Shown here: positions 18,601 to 29,500 of the stretch, piece after piece
Numbering within the stretch: position 1 is the stretch's first letter
Layout: every line of letters starts with the position of its first letter
From: a virus
Taxonomy: Duplodnaviria; Heunggongvirae; Uroviricota; Caudoviricetes
IMG/VR virus record: IMGVR_UViG_3300005613_000033
Location: 19,132-83,131 of that record
Reading direction: 5' to 3' (one strand)
Length of the DNA stretch: 64,000 nucleotides
The notes under the pieces: model-generated
Database searches by the model: none
What the model was told of the DNA's origin: nothing
The model's input: only the letters and a program-made list of their open reading frames with translations
Program-made: the position numbers and the translations under genes

Positions 18601-21600
18601 TAATGTTGGAAGTCTTCTGTTCTTGCGGTCTGGGGCGACATCAGGTGGTTTGAATGTCTATTGTAACCACCCAACTCTGGATATTGACTGGACTATCAAT
18701 GGTACTTCATCCTATCACTTCGCTACCAATAATTGGTTCAAGGGTTCAGGCACCATTACTTTCAACGGTGGGGATACCCGTGAAATTGACTTCTATGATA
18801 ATGAAGTTGAAAATATCATCATAAATAAAACAGGTGGTACGGATATCTCGTTAGCTTACGAGTTGAAGTGTGATAGTCTTACAATCAATTCCGGCGATTT
18901 TGACGCATCAACATACGATGTAACAGTTGGTGACCTTACTTTAACAGGAACGGGTGCAATAGACTGGGGTGATAATACCTGGGAAATCTCAGGTAATATC
19001 TCTACCACTGGCCAAAGTGGAACTTGGATAGGAGGAGGTACAACTTGGAATCTATCAGGTTCGGGGAAAACATGGACGCAACGAGACAATATGGTCATCG
19101 CCAATACCTGGATCAAATCGGGCGCTAGCTACAATTGTTCGGGTATTATTATACCGGTCTATGGTTCTGGAAGTACCTTTATAATAGATGGTACAATCAC
19201 TGGGATTGCTAGCTTCCGGTGTTACTATGGTGAAATACATCTAAATTCGACAGGTGTATTTCAAGCTAACTTTATACGTTCGTATCTGGCACAAGATGGT
19301 GGTGGATTTACTACCTGGGATGGTGATTATGATTCATTGAGTGGCTTGCTCCACCTACGAGAGTGGCACACAGCGGGGGTTATGGTTCCGGCTGATTACT
19401 CGGCCCATAACTTAGAAGTTCGTATAGAGTCCCGATTGCATAATGGTGATATGGTGTTTAGCAGCGGTACCTACACATTCCATCATTTAACATGCCAAGC
19501 AATATATGCTGGTTATACCACAGCTATCAATACAACCAACAATCCTGATATAATTATTAAGGGTAACCTTAATAGCGACGTAACATTGGGGACCTTAACT
19601 TGGACAAAGGGTACTGGTACAATTACTATGGATTCCACAGGCGACTATATCATTGGGATGGGTGGCCTAGAATTAGAAAATATGGTGATTGATAAAAATA
19701 GTAGTATCACCTTAACAGCGGACCTCGATGTAACTAGCCTCGAAATTAGCAGCGGTGACTTTGATGCGGCAGGATATAATGTCACAATAAGTTCTGATGC
19801 TCTGGATATCTCAACATCTGGAACCGTAGACTGTGGAAGCGGTGACTGGACGTGTTGGGGTGACGTAATTATCGACGGTATAGGTACCTATAATGTTGAC
19901 ACCGCCAATTTCTATCTCAAAGGTACAAGTAAAGGGATTGCTACAGCCACAGATTATTGGGGTTTTGAAAATCTTTATGTCACGGGGTCGTACACTGCCA
20001 ATGGTTTAGGGGATGCGGATAACGTTTACGTCGCAGGTATCTTGGATATCACTGGAACATTTATTACAGGTAACACAAACACAGGTGGGCTAACACTTGC
20101 TGTCAATACTGATCTTCGTATACAAACAGGCGGGACTCTAACCGGTGGTGGGGCAACGACGGGTGAGATACGATGGTACTTCCCAGAAGTAGGTATCACA
20201 GTCTTAGATGGAACTTGGAGTAATTGGATTACACAAATTTACTACCCTAATACCGCAGCGAATTGGGTACCAGGAACGTATGATTGCCGTATCGAGTGGA
20301 TAACCAGCCCTGATGTTGCATGTGTTGTTAATTTTGACGCAGGTACTTACAACTTTACAGGTGGTTTAATTCAATTCCGTGTAGGTATCAGTGGGAATAT
20401 TCACGATGAAGATTTGACTGTCAATCTAAATGCCGGTACGGTCTTCAATACTAGTAATGATACTGCGTTCGGATTTGCAATGACTGAATCAACCAGTACA
20501 GGTGATCTATATTTTAATTGCAATAATGCAAACTTCAATTTTAGTGGCAACGTTTTCCTAAATGACTCCTCACCCGGTAGTGATGTGATCTATACTAAAG
20601 GTACAGGGACTATCACATTTGAGGGTGACGTAAATCAATTTGTTAATATGCCGTATTCATTGGAAGACATTGTAGTCAATAAATCAGCTAATACAGTAGA
20701 TTTTGTGAGTGCTATCACATGTGAGACCTATACCCTAACCTCTGGCGGGGCCGATTTCAATGACGATGCCACGACTGGTGTTGTTAGTATCACAGGCGGT
20801 ACTCAGAGTATGACTGGGACTAACAAGACCTGGACTTGTCCATCTTTCACCGTAAATGCAGGTGTGTCAGCCACAGTTGATGTGAATGACAACAATGTGA
20901 CGATCACCGGGGCTGGTGATCTGTCCTTTCTCGCGAACTGCAACATTTCATTCGGATCACGGACCTGGACTTGCAATGGTGATTTCTTTGCCACCGGTGA
21001 CACTGTAGTCTTCACCCGTGATACAAGCACATTGAGGCTTACAGGTACGGGTAACTTTACTTGTACAGGGAGCCTTTCAACAAAGTATCTCTATAGTATT
21101 GAAATTCCAGTTGGTGCAGTACGTACTGTACTTGCCGGAAGCAACATGTGTAGCTACAATACTGTTGGAACAGATGCAAGCATAGACGTTGATGGGACTC
21201 TCACTTTGAACGGGAGCGGTAGAGCTTTCTACCACTCAAAAATCAATCTCAATACTGGCGGTATAATTAACGGTAGTTCATTTCTCCAATGTTATGCTAA
21301 TGATAATGGTGGTGGACTTACGACATTAGATGGTACGCTGACACCTGGAACATTCTATCTGGATTACCCAACTGCTACCGCTATCTGTGTGTCAGGAACA
21401 TACGACTGTACTGTCTATGTTCAATGTAATGATTCTTCAAACAGCGTGTGGCAACTTTCCGCTGGCACCTACATTTACAACTATTCGGTGTATTATCAAG
21501 CTACGGATGCGGCTGGAAGTTTGACAATTAATGGAAGTGTCAACAATCCGGATCATGTCTACAAGCAACATGTCTTCTGGACCAATACAGGTGATGTTTT

Positions 21601-23140
21601 CTGGACGGCTGGAACTGGTACAATTACGTTCGATGACATTGGAGACTACGAAATTGACTTTGGTAACGAACTCATTGAAGACGTCCATATTGAAAAAGAT
21701 AGCCCGGGTAAAATAACTCTGAGAAATGATAACTTTTCAGCGGGTTCGCTTACTATCACAACTGGGGAATTTGATGCAAATGACCATGATGTTACCTTGA
21801 CTGGTGACTTTTATCAAGCCGATCTCACTAAATGTTATGCGGGTACAGGAACATGGACTATTAGTGGTGGGTTTGATAATTCATCTATTACAGCCGGTAA
21901 TAATTATTGGTTGGCTGAAGGTGGTGAAGTTAAGCTGGTAGGTACCGGTAATCTGAAATCCGAAGGTTGGAATTGGCAGAATGAATTTCATAAATTGACC
22001 ATTGAAGGTGACTATACAATCCCAGCTACTTCAAATGCGGTAACGGTATACGATGGTGCAGATGGTTGGTTGAAAATTGTAAATGGTGCGTCTTTAGTAG
22101 TAGATAATTCTGAAGGAGCTTGGGTTCGTGGTGATAATAATTTAATTGTTGAAAATGGCGGAACTCTCACAGTCACTGGCGGATTTTATGCGTTCCGACC
22201 AGGTATAGGTTATGGTGTAACTAATGATGGTATCATTAATGGGACTGGTAGATTCCGATTCTATGAGTATCAAGCTGGTGCTATAGCTACATCAGGAAAC
22301 TATAGTGTTCGATATCTTCAAATTTATTATGGTAGTAAATTTGAAATGGGGGCGGGGACTTGGATTACTGATAATATATATTTTGGTGCCTCTGATCAAA
22401 ATCTTATTATTGATATGAATTCTAATGATCCTATTATTAACACTTCTGGAGATGTAACCTTTAGAAACTTCTCTAATCACCAACTGACAATTAACCGTTC
22501 AGGAACTGCTAATGACTGGACAATTGAAGAAGATTTTACACGCAATGATACTGGATCATTTGTGTATACGAAAGGTGATGCTAATCTTTGTTTTGAAGGT
22601 GGTGGTACTCAAGTATACGACTGCGATGGTTTTGATGTAGAAGATATTATTATTGAGAAGTCAGGCGGTACTATGACACTGGAATCTGAATTAACTTGTG
22701 ATAGCTTGACACTTTTAGAGGGTGAATTTGATTTCAACGGACAAACAGTACAAACAACGGGTGACTTCATAATCAATGCAGCTAATGGTACGGATGCCAC
22801 AATTGTATCGGATGCCGATGCAATGAATGCAGCAAACATTACAGTAGGGAATGATTTTTATGTTTCTAACATTACGTTTAATGCAACTAATACATGGTAC
22901 TTAGACGTTCAGGGTGTAAATGCTCATGCTTATGACGTATCAGTACGATATAGCGATGCAAATGCAGGTACGACTATCGACGCGACGGCTCCAGGTAACA
23001 CAGATTTAGGCGTGAATTACAATTGGGACTTTGGACAATTACCGGGTGGAGCAGTAAGTAGTATTCACTCATTATCGTTCCACTGTTTCCCATGGACTCG
23101 GCACACTAATAGACATGTTCGCGGTAATCGCCGCATCTAA
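15632..23140 (+). CDS. giant 2502-aa modular Gly/Thr/Asn/Trp-rich protein (beta-helix-like fibre or adhesin candidate)
   Basis: About eight diverged ~300-aa modules, each containing GTGTITF(D/E)G ... N/EKxGG(T) ... L(T)IxSG(D/E)FDAx(x)YDVT. Examples: LTINSGDFDASTYDVTV, LEISSGDFDAAGYNVTI, LTITTGEFDANDHDVTL, LTLLEGEFDFNGQTVQT. No TM segment. Confidence 0.6.
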   Translation: MATYYWRSSVNNTWTSNNWSTTDGGPLSGTYPQAGDTAIFKASSGQGNCGLDANVSITKLDMRSDYTGTLSGNTYNFTTTGDMIIAGTQIIAGSGTWTTAGHLNYVNVGTFTPNASKFIMTGTGKTLTNSAANRYFYDLEINGTISAVGAVLWHNSLTIKTDKSLTLTDTDAGNYNLGGTCISKLYLESGADFDLGGHQINWFTPGTGGVQSMASTARIRNGSIRCLYPSTTTGVGVWDFGATYGWEVNFRVFGPSGNDGHFTFPNKVCKIGGYFRAEIRSWYPNGSLTLHAAGSSTDVQISGYFATLSDTVNIGSVNVDNTGVTGNKWTFNSHVYDWMETANGASRGWTKNAESCYASSAVARDWDFTNWTVQTIQIYASSGTVTMNSDVNCVNFDVSQGTFDANDYDLYVQGNFFVRTNATWTLSSSTIINLTGSAASQIEAVPRVDPITLNRTGAGGMTQSGNVHTSNLVLTDGFWTGVSYDLETHAGLSKGASAGPIDLGTGDITGWGDIDITSMDATGCQIIFAASKTLTYTNWQYLDRLQIINSSTCSLMAGTDIVINITGSVDLQANSTFDTKDQRVYCWTDARVWIRTNALWTGTRQQSLLFYNTTSGNGLVLNDGIYAGYELRFYQCTAGTRWAPGVYNQITTYIYGGNDCYIKPDAGTFYLANHLRLNNISGNAVYIDMTNNPTFQIGGDCLYGGGITSADIFWTVNDETFEFVGSANQEYEWAHEIGNVVVDNSGTGSDLFLNLGYGAHLHCKNLTGTDGGINCDSHQVTVEGDCVLDFDNLTTGGADWNLYGHFDWKDVTTWSVDSSQKFIMNGVDKYLLGGGTKALPYLTIPAGKSAYIHASTSVAVDINSAATIAGTLTVDGTVDFRLYSANLTVETTGTVTGTSDVIFYLAGSNTGLILNGSYTYSPARTYFVDPDTTSLIPAGTYGGHIRVHSTSGVKTWQPDTGTYDISGYLLFEAEDGDTLNVDCRSSQPVFNVGSLLFLRSGATSGGLNVYCNHPTLDIDWTINGTSSYHFATNNWFKGSGTITFNGGDTREIDFYDNEVENIIINKTGGTDISLAYELKCDSLTINSGDFDASTYDVTVGDLTLTGTGAIDWGDNTWEISGNISTTGQSGTWIGGGTTWNLSGSGKTWTQRDNMVIANTWIKSGASYNCSGIIIPVYGSGSTFIIDGTITGIASFRCYYGEIHLNSTGVFQANFIRSYLAQDGGGFTTWDGDYDSLSGLLHLREWHTAGVMVPADYSAHNLEVRIESRLHNGDMVFSSGTYTFHHLTCQAIYAGYTTAINTTNNPDIIIKGNLNSDVTLGTLTWTKGTGTITMDSTGDYIIGMGGLELENMVIDKNSSITLTADLDVTSLEISSGDFDAAGYNVTISSDALDISTSGTVDCGSGDWTCWGDVIIDGIGTYNVDTANFYLKGTSKGIATATDYWGFENLYVTGSYTANGLGDADNVYVAGILDITGTFITGNTNTGGLTLAVNTDLRIQTGGTLTGGGATTGEIRWYFPEVGITVLDGTWSNWITQIYYPNTAANWVPGTYDCRIEWITSPDVACVVNFDAGTYNFTGGLIQFRVGISGNIHDEDLTVNLNAGTVFNTSNDTAFGFAMTESTSTGDLYFNCNNANFNFSGNVFLNDSSPGSDVIYTKGTGTITFEGDVNQFVNMPYSLEDIVVNKSANTVDFVSAITCETYTLTSGGADFNDDATTGVVSITGGTQSMTGTNKTWTCPSFTVNAGVSATVDVNDNNVTITGAGDLSFLANCNISFGSRTWTCNGDFFATGDTVVFTRDTSTLRLTGTGNFTCTGSLSTKYLYSIEIPVGAVRTVLAGSNMCSYNTVGTDASIDVDGTLTLNGSGRAFYHSKINLNTGGIINGSSFLQCYANDNGGGLTTLDGTLTPGTFYLDYPTATAICVSGTYDCTVYVQCNDSSNSVWQLSAGTYIYNYSVYYQATDAAGSLTINGSVNNPDHVYKQHVFWTNTGDVFWTAGTGTITFDDIGDYEIDFGNELIEDVHIEKDSPGKITLRNDNFSAGSLTITTGEFDANDHDVTLTGDFYQADLTKCYAGTGTWTISGGFDNSSITAGNNYWLAEGGEVKLVGTGNLKSEGWNWQNEFHKLTIEGDYTIPATSNAVTVYDGADGWLKIVNGASLVVDNSEGAWVRGDNNLIVENGGTLTVTGGFYAFRPGIGYGVTNDGIINGTGRFRFYEYQAGAIATSGNYSVRYLQIYYGSKFEMGAGTWITDNIYFGASDQNLIIDMNSNDPIINTSGDVTFRNFSNHQLTINRSGTANDWTIEEDFTRNDTGSFVYTKGDANLCFEGGGTQVYDCDGFDVEDIIIEKSGGTMTLESELTCDSLTLLEGEFDFNGQTVQTTGDFIINAANGTDATIVSDADAMNAANITVGNDFYVSNITFNATNTWYLDVQGVNAHAYDVSVRYSDANAGTTIDATAPGNTDLGVNYNWDFGQLPGGAVSSIHSLSFHCFPWTRHTNRHVRGNRRI

Positions 23141-23150
23141 GGAGTAAACT

Positions 23151-23675
23151 ATGGCTATTACAGAAAATAGGTATTACGGAACGCTTTGCGAAGCCAACGA
23201 ATACTTTACAAACCGACTCCATGAAGAAGCGTGGTTTAGTTCCAACCCTAATGACCGCCCTAAAGCATTATTAAGAGCTACTCAATGTATGGATGCTTTG
23301 AACTATAAAGGTAATAAGCATAGTGTTTGGGAACTATTAGAACTTGATGAAGATGCGAGTGACGAAGAAATTCGAGAAGCGGAAACTGAACAATCACTTG
23401 AATTTCCGCGTGGAAGTGACACAGTCGAGCCAGAGGTCATTAAGATCGCGTGTTTTGAATGTGCTCATGCCCTATTGGACGGCGTTGATCCTGATTCTGA
23501 ACTTGAACAACTCTCAGTAGTTAGTCAAGGTGTAGCATCAGTACGGACAACCTACAACCGTAACCAAAAACCGATCGAACATTTACTTCATGGAATTCCT
23601 AGCGCAACTGCCTGGAGATTCATTAAGCCGTTCTTGCGGGATAGTGACAAAATTAAAGTAAGTAGGGTTTCATAA
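23151..23675 (+). CDS. hypothetical head protein (174 aa, acidic)
   Basis: RBS TAAGGAG. Position only. Confidence 0.4.
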   Translation: MAITENRYYGTLCEANEYFTNRLHEEAWFSSNPNDRPKALLRATQCMDALNYKGNKHSVWELLELDEDASDEEIREAETEQSLEFPRGSDTVEPEVIKIACFECAHALLDGVDPDSELEQLSVVSQGVASVRTTYNRNQKPIEHLLHGIPSATAWRFIKPFLRDSDKIKVSRVS

Positions 23676-23740
23676 TTAACCTCTGCCGTAGACCGCAGGC
23701 GGCAGGTATAGGGTGTAGCAGCGGGTCTAGGAGAAATCCA

Positions 23741-24652
23741 ATGAATTTTGATCTTTATCTTTCGACAATTGAATTCGGTCTGTATGATAGTGATAATCCA
23801 GCAGGTGATCTGGCAGCGAGTGATCCAGCAGGTGATTTAGCAGGTAGTGAGCCAGCAGGCGCGCCCTCGGGGGCTCCGGCCGGAGGTTCGGTACCTATTG
23901 ACCCTAGTGCTGGGGCTAGCGATGGCACTGGTGGAAAGGTATTTTCACAAGACGATGTAAACCGTATTGTACAAGACCGTCTCGCTAAGGACAGAAAGAC
24001 ACAAGAACAGAAATACCGAGACTTGGAAGGGGAATACAAAACACTTTTGGAAAATCAGTCACTTTCGACCGATCAACGTGAGAAGTTGGAGAGTGAACTG
24101 GAAGATATCCAAAAGCGATTCCGTACCAAGGAACAACAACTAGCACATGAAAAGAGACAGATCGAAGAGCGCCTGTCGGGCGAACTTGAAACCTATAAGA
24201 CCGCCGCAATCGAATGGGAGAACAAGTACAAGACATCTGTAACTGATCGTGCTTTAATCGACGCGGCAACTGGTGGCGAAGCTTTCAACCCCACTCAAGT
24301 AGTGGCCCTTCTTCGTCCTATGACGAAGATGATGGAAGCAAAGGGACCAGATGGTCAGCCAACAGGGCAATTAGTTCCTATGCTCGACTTCCCAGACGTG
24401 AATGAGGCAGGGGAACCAGTGATGACACAACGAACCCCAGATGAAGCTGTTAAGAGGATGAAAGAAATACCTGAACAGTATGGAAATCTCTTCAAATCTA
24501 ATGTCGTTAGCGGCATCGGAGCGGGTTCCGCTACCGGGGGCGTTACTCCGGGTTCTGCTGGACGGATTGATGTACGGAAGCTCACACCTGAGCAATACAT
24601 GAAGATTAGGAAGGAAAACCCAAGCCTTCTTGGTCTGAAGCCGAGCAGCTAA
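23741..24652 (+). CDS. putative scaffolding protein
   Basis: Low-complexity Ala/Gly/Pro N-terminus, long predicted coiled coil (EQKYRDLEGEYKTLLENQ...KRQIEERLSGELETYK), directly upstream of the major capsid gene. RBS AGGAG. Confidence 0.5.
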   Translation: MNFDLYLSTIEFGLYDSDNPAGDLAASDPAGDLAGSEPAGAPSGAPAGGSVPIDPSAGASDGTGGKVFSQDDVNRIVQDRLAKDRKTQEQKYRDLEGEYKTLLENQSLSTDQREKLESELEDIQKRFRTKEQQLAHEKRQIEERLSGELETYKTAAIEWENKYKTSVTDRALIDAATGGEAFNPTQVVALLRPMTKMMEAKGPDGQPTGQLVPMLDFPDVNEAGEPVMTQRTPDEAVKRMKEIPEQYGNLFKSNVVSGIGAGSATGGVTPGSAGRIDVRKLTPEQYMKIRKENPSLLGLKPSS

Positions 24653-24709
24653 ACATTGGGGTATTCGTTTAACTACAAATCTGTAACTAACTCCTACAGG
24701 AGACCTAAG

Positions 24710-26113
24710 ATGAATTTTTATCTTTCACAAGCAATGGTCGCCTTGTATGACAACGACAACAGCGCTTTCATTCCCGAGCTTTGGGCGATGGAAGGTCTGC
24801 ATATTCTCGAAGAGAATATGGTAATGGCAAATTTGGTCCGTCGTGACTTTTCGCCCAAGATTGCCAACTATGGTGACGTTGTAAATACTCGTCGACCGGG
24901 AACTTTCGCTACACGGCGTAAGACCGACTCGGATTCAATCGAGCTTCAAGATGCTCGTGCGACTAACGTGCAGGTTCCTCTGAATCAGCACATGTACATC
25001 TCCTTCACCATCAAAGACGGTGAAGCAAGTAAATCCTTCCAGGAACTCGTGGATATCTACCTGTTGCCAGGTATGATGGGTATCGCTCGTGGTATTGATC
25101 GTGCTATTCTCGGTGCAGCTCCCGATTTCTTGGCCAACAAGGTTGGTAAACTTGGTGCTCTGAGTGCGCTCAATGCCAAGGATTACTTACTGGAAGCCCG
25201 TGAGACGATGAATGAGAATCTCGCGTTCCCAGAAAGCCGCAACTGCGTACTGGCCCCGTCTGCTGAGACGGCAATGCTCAAGACAGAAATGTTCTTGAAG
25301 GCCAACGAGCGTGGTGATGGTGGTCGTGCTCTGCGTGAAGCGGCCCTCGGTCGTGTACTCGGATTCGATACGTGGATGGATCAGAACGTTTCTGGTCTGA
25401 ATGCTGTTGATCTTGACACAGCACCGGGTGAATTGACAACCGGTTACGCGGCAGGTCATGCTGCAAACATGGCGATTGATCTGGACCCTGATTATATCGC
25501 CAGCGTAGGCGAGTTCTGTGTAATCTCCAGCGACGGTCAGCCGACTGCTCTGTCGGTTGCATCGTCTAATGCAGGCGACACTGACGTGATCGCCCTGGAC
25601 GCTGCTTTGAAGTATGCGGTTTCCGCTAATGATCCTATCACCGTATACAAGAAGTGTGCGATTGATAACGTTGGTGGTTACGCGGCTGGTTGGACCAAGG
25701 GAATTAACCTTGATTCCTTCACGGCTGGCAAGCATCCTCGCGTTGGTCAAATCCTCAAGATCGGTGCGGCAACGTATGTCGTAATCGAGTCCGAGGATAA
25801 TAGTGGTGACCGTATGGTCTGGCTAGATCGTCCTCTGGAAGCTGCTGTACTTGACGGTGCGGACGTATTTCCAGGCCCCGCTGGTTCATTTAACCTTTGC
25901 TTCCATCGCGATGCTATCGCTCTGGTCAGTCGTCCGTTGGCTCTGCCTGCTGGCGCACTCGGCGTGCGTTCGCAGGTTGGTGTGTACAACAATGTTGCAA
26001 TGCGTGTTACCATGCAATACGACATTACCTCTCAAGGTACCGTTGTCACACTCGACATTCTGTGTGGTGTGAAGACATTGGATGAGCGCCTCGGTTGCGT
26101 GCTGCTTGGTTAA
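24710..26113 (+). CDS. putative major capsid protein
   Basis: 467 aa. ATG at 24710 with RBS CAGGAG. Follows the scaffold-like gene and is followed by the strongest terminator in the window. The ORF-track start at 24656 lacks an RBS. Confidence 0.55.
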   Translation: MNFYLSQAMVALYDNDNSAFIPELWAMEGLHILEENMVMANLVRRDFSPKIANYGDVVNTRRPGTFATRRKTDSDSIELQDARATNVQVPLNQHMYISFTIKDGEASKSFQELVDIYLLPGMMGIARGIDRAILGAAPDFLANKVGKLGALSALNAKDYLLEARETMNENLAFPESRNCVLAPSAETAMLKTEMFLKANERGDGGRALREAALGRVLGFDTWMDQNVSGLNAVDLDTAPGELTTGYAAGHAANMAIDLDPDYIASVGEFCVISSDGQPTALSVASSNAGDTDVIALDAALKYAVSANDPITVYKKCAIDNVGGYAAGWTKGINLDSFTAGKHPRVGQILKIGAATYVVIESEDNSGDRMVWLDRPLEAAVLDGADVFPGPAGSFNLCFHRDAIALVSRPLALPAGALGVRSQVGVYNNVAMRVTMQYDITSQGTVVTLDILCGVKTLDERLGCVLLG

Positions 26114-26127
26114 ACCAAGTCTATTAT

Positions 26128-26158
26128 GGGTGCCCAGCCTTCGGGCTGGGCCCTTTTT
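26128..26158 (+). terminator. rho-independent terminator
   Basis: GGGTGCCCAGCC-TTCG-GGCTGGGCCC followed by TTTTT. Confidence 0.75.
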
Positions 26159-26182
26159 CTAACACGTAAAAGAGGACACAAC

Positions 26183-26491
26183 ATGGACTTAATGCTTTTT
26201 TCACAGGTAGACCCATTGATTTGGACTAATCTACTCTCCCAGTATGGTCCATTGATTGGCGTTGTTCTTTTCTTTATTTGGAGGGATTGGAAACGAGAAG
26301 ATAAGCTCAGTGAGCGTATCAATTCATTAGAAGACTATCAAAAAGAGACGCTAGCGGAACTTGTATCACAGTCAACGGTAGCTTTGACACATAGTGCTGA
26401 TTGCATGAAATGGGTCGGAGCAGTCATGTCGAAAGTCTGTGATCGTTGTCCTGAGTTAGATGGTTGTCCAAAACCACCAGAGAATAAGTAA
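26183..26491 (+). CDS. small membrane protein (102 aa) with C-terminal CxxC...C cluster
   Basis: ATG at 26183 with RBS AAGAGGA. TM helix LIGVVLFFIW. The ORF-track start at 26126 lies inside the terminator hairpin. Confidence 0.45.
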   Translation: MDLMLFSQVDPLIWTNLLSQYGPLIGVVLFFIWRDWKREDKLSERINSLEDYQKETLAELVSQSTVALTHSADCMKWVGAVMSKVCDRCPELDGCPKPPENK

Positions 26492-26506
26492 TCGCTGGAT
26501 ATTACT

Positions 26507-29500
26507 ATGAGCTATCAAGAACGCCGCTACCGACGAATGGTACGACAAGTCCTCTATGGACTGAAGCGTCAATATGGCGCAGATATTGCCGTATACAAGC
26601 TGCTGGATGCTGATACAGACTATACAACTGGTCTCAAAACCATTCATAAGCTAAGTGAAGAGTTGGAAGCAGTCGTTATACCTACTAAGATAGCACGTGA
26701 AGCCATACAATCCATCTCCCAAATTTCCGCTAATAAGGCGATGGTGTATGGTGGAACTTTCGATAGTTTGAGTAAGACATTTGTAATTGATTCGCGTGAT
26801 TTATCAGATAATTGGACGTTTACAAATGACGATTGGATTGTCTACAATCAACAACGTTTTGAAATTAAGGCTATAGAACGATTAGATTTCCATGCCGGTT
26901 GGATTATTGATGCAAAGGCTATTGCAGGTCAACATGCAGAACAAATCTTTCATTTAGAGGCGTGGAACAGATTATGTGACTTAACTCATTTTGCGGAAGT
27001 AGTACCGTGGTCAGCACATCATCCTAGTCAGGATATTCCTATTGACCATAATGTCTCAGTCCAAAAGATAATGTACCGCAGTGCGGAGAATACATTAACC
27101 TTGGGGCATTCTGTTTTCCTTGGGCAAGCTGAAAGTTTTGCAGCAGGAAATACTTTGACGTTGGGACAATCTGTTGATAAACAGAGAGTAATGTTTTTCC
27201 ATATTATCGAAGATGGCTTAGTCTTTAATACTCTCGGGCAAGGTATTGAAATTATCAAAGTTATTCAACGCATATTCGGGCATGAAAAAAGTGAAATTGA
27301 ACTTCAGCATGCGGTTAGCTTAGCAGGAAGTGTTTGGAATAGGCAAGCCGAATCCAATCTAACCTTAGATCACAGTGTCGATGTTTCGGGTGTCTGGAAT
27401 CGTCATCCTGAAAGTCAAATTGATTTAGATCATACTGCTGATCCATCTGGAAGTATCTACAACCGATCTGCCGAGAATACTCTAACACTTACTCACGAAG
27501 TTAGCACTGCTGGCACCTCGCTTGGAACACCAGTTGAATCAGAACTTGATTTGGACCAGGTGGTTAGTTACTCTGCCGTCTTCAATCGGGGTGCAAGTTC
27601 TGAGATTGGTATTGACCAAGAGGTCAATATCGAAGGAAGTATTTGGTATCGAGATGCTGAATCTGATATCAGTATTGACCACGGTGCTAGTATTGTTCAT
27701 ATACTCCATGCTAATGCTAAGAATACATTAACCTTAGGTCAATATGTTGCTGCTACCTATGTCCAGTATGCTACGGCCCAATCTAGCCTTAGTTTAGGGC
27801 AAGATGTTGAGTCTCAAAAAGTAATTTATCGTACTGCTGAATCTAATCTTGGGTTAGATGCGTTTAGTCAGTACGTTTTAGTGAGTACACATCGTGATTT
27901 AAGTGCTTCATCAAGTATTAGTCTTGGTCAAGATGTAAGTACAGAAGGTAGTATTTGGAATCGTAATCCAGATAATGAGTCATTTGAGGGGTCAACACTC
28001 ACATTAGATCACACAGCTTCTACAGAGGGAAGTATCTGGAATCGGGGTCCTGATAATACACTTACTCTAACACAGGATGTAATTAGCTCCGGTAGCATCT
28101 TCAATCGAGACCCACAATCAGATATTGATCTCGATCAAGATGTTGCAAAAACACGAGCCCAAAATGATGGATCATCCTCTGAACTTGAATTAGATCATGG
28201 GACTGGCGTTCTAGTCGTACGACCACGTAGCGCTCAGAATGATATTAGTGTAGACCATGGTGTAATTGTTCAAAAGGTCATGTATGCGTCAGCGCAATCT
28301 GATTTAAGTTTGGTTGGAGTTTGCAATTATCAAGTTGGGTCAGAAGGTAACGGTATAAGCACGTTGACTTGCGGGCACAGCGTAAGTCTGGAAGGAAGCA
28401 TTTGGAATAGGGGCCCAGATAATAACACCTTGGACGGTAACACTCTCACCCTTGGACAGACTACCCAACTGTCCGTAATTCGTCAAAGAGATGCCCAATC
28501 GACTCTGTCCTTGAGCCAAGAAGCAAGTGCGGCTGGAAGCATCTATAATCGAGGGGCAGAGAATACTCTAACCTTATCGCAAGATGTAATTAGTTCTGGT
28601 AGCATCTTCAATCGTGATTTGCAATCAGATATTGATCTCGATCAAGATGTTGCAAAAACACGAATAGCAAGTGATGGTTCGTCATCTGAACTTGAATTAG
28701 ATCATGGAACTGGCGTCCAAATTATTCGTTCACGTAGTGCTCAGAATGATCTTAACATAGACCATGATATCACTGTTCAGAAGGTGATATATGTATCAGC
28801 ACAATCTGATTTGAGTTTGACCGGTATTTGTAATTATCAAGTCGGAACCGAAGCCAATGGCGTAAGTACGTTGACTTGCGGGCACAGCGTAAGTCTGGAA
28901 GGAAGCATTTGGAATAGGGGCCCAGATAATAACACCTTGGACGGTAACACTCTCACCCTTGAGCAGACTATCCAACTGTCCGTAATTCGTCAAAGAGATG
29001 CCCAATCGACTCTGTCCTTGAGCCAAGAAGCAAGCGCGGCTGGAAGCATCTATAATCGAGGGGCAGAGAATAGTTCACTAGAAGAGTCAACATTAACCCT
29101 CACACAAAATACCAGCTCTACGGGCAGCATCTACAATCGTGGCCCCGATAATAACACCCTTGAGGGCTCTCAGTTGGCCCTTACGCAGCAAGTAGACGTA
29201 CAGGCCATTCTGAGTCGGGGTGCCAGTAGCACGCTCTCTATGGGCCACACAGCGTCCGTATTGGTGTATCGTGGACAGGCAGTTGGTAACACATTGTCAT
29301 TAGACCACGATGTGACTGCCCAGAAAACAATGAGCCGTGACGCGGAAAGTACACTCAGTATCCTTGACGCGGCAAACGTACAGAAGATTATCCACAAGTC
29401 AGCTAGTTCACCACTCAGCTTGGCACAACAAGTTGGACTCTCGATTATCCGAGAACTGTCGGCCAGCAACCAGCTTATGCTATATCACGATGCACTGGTC

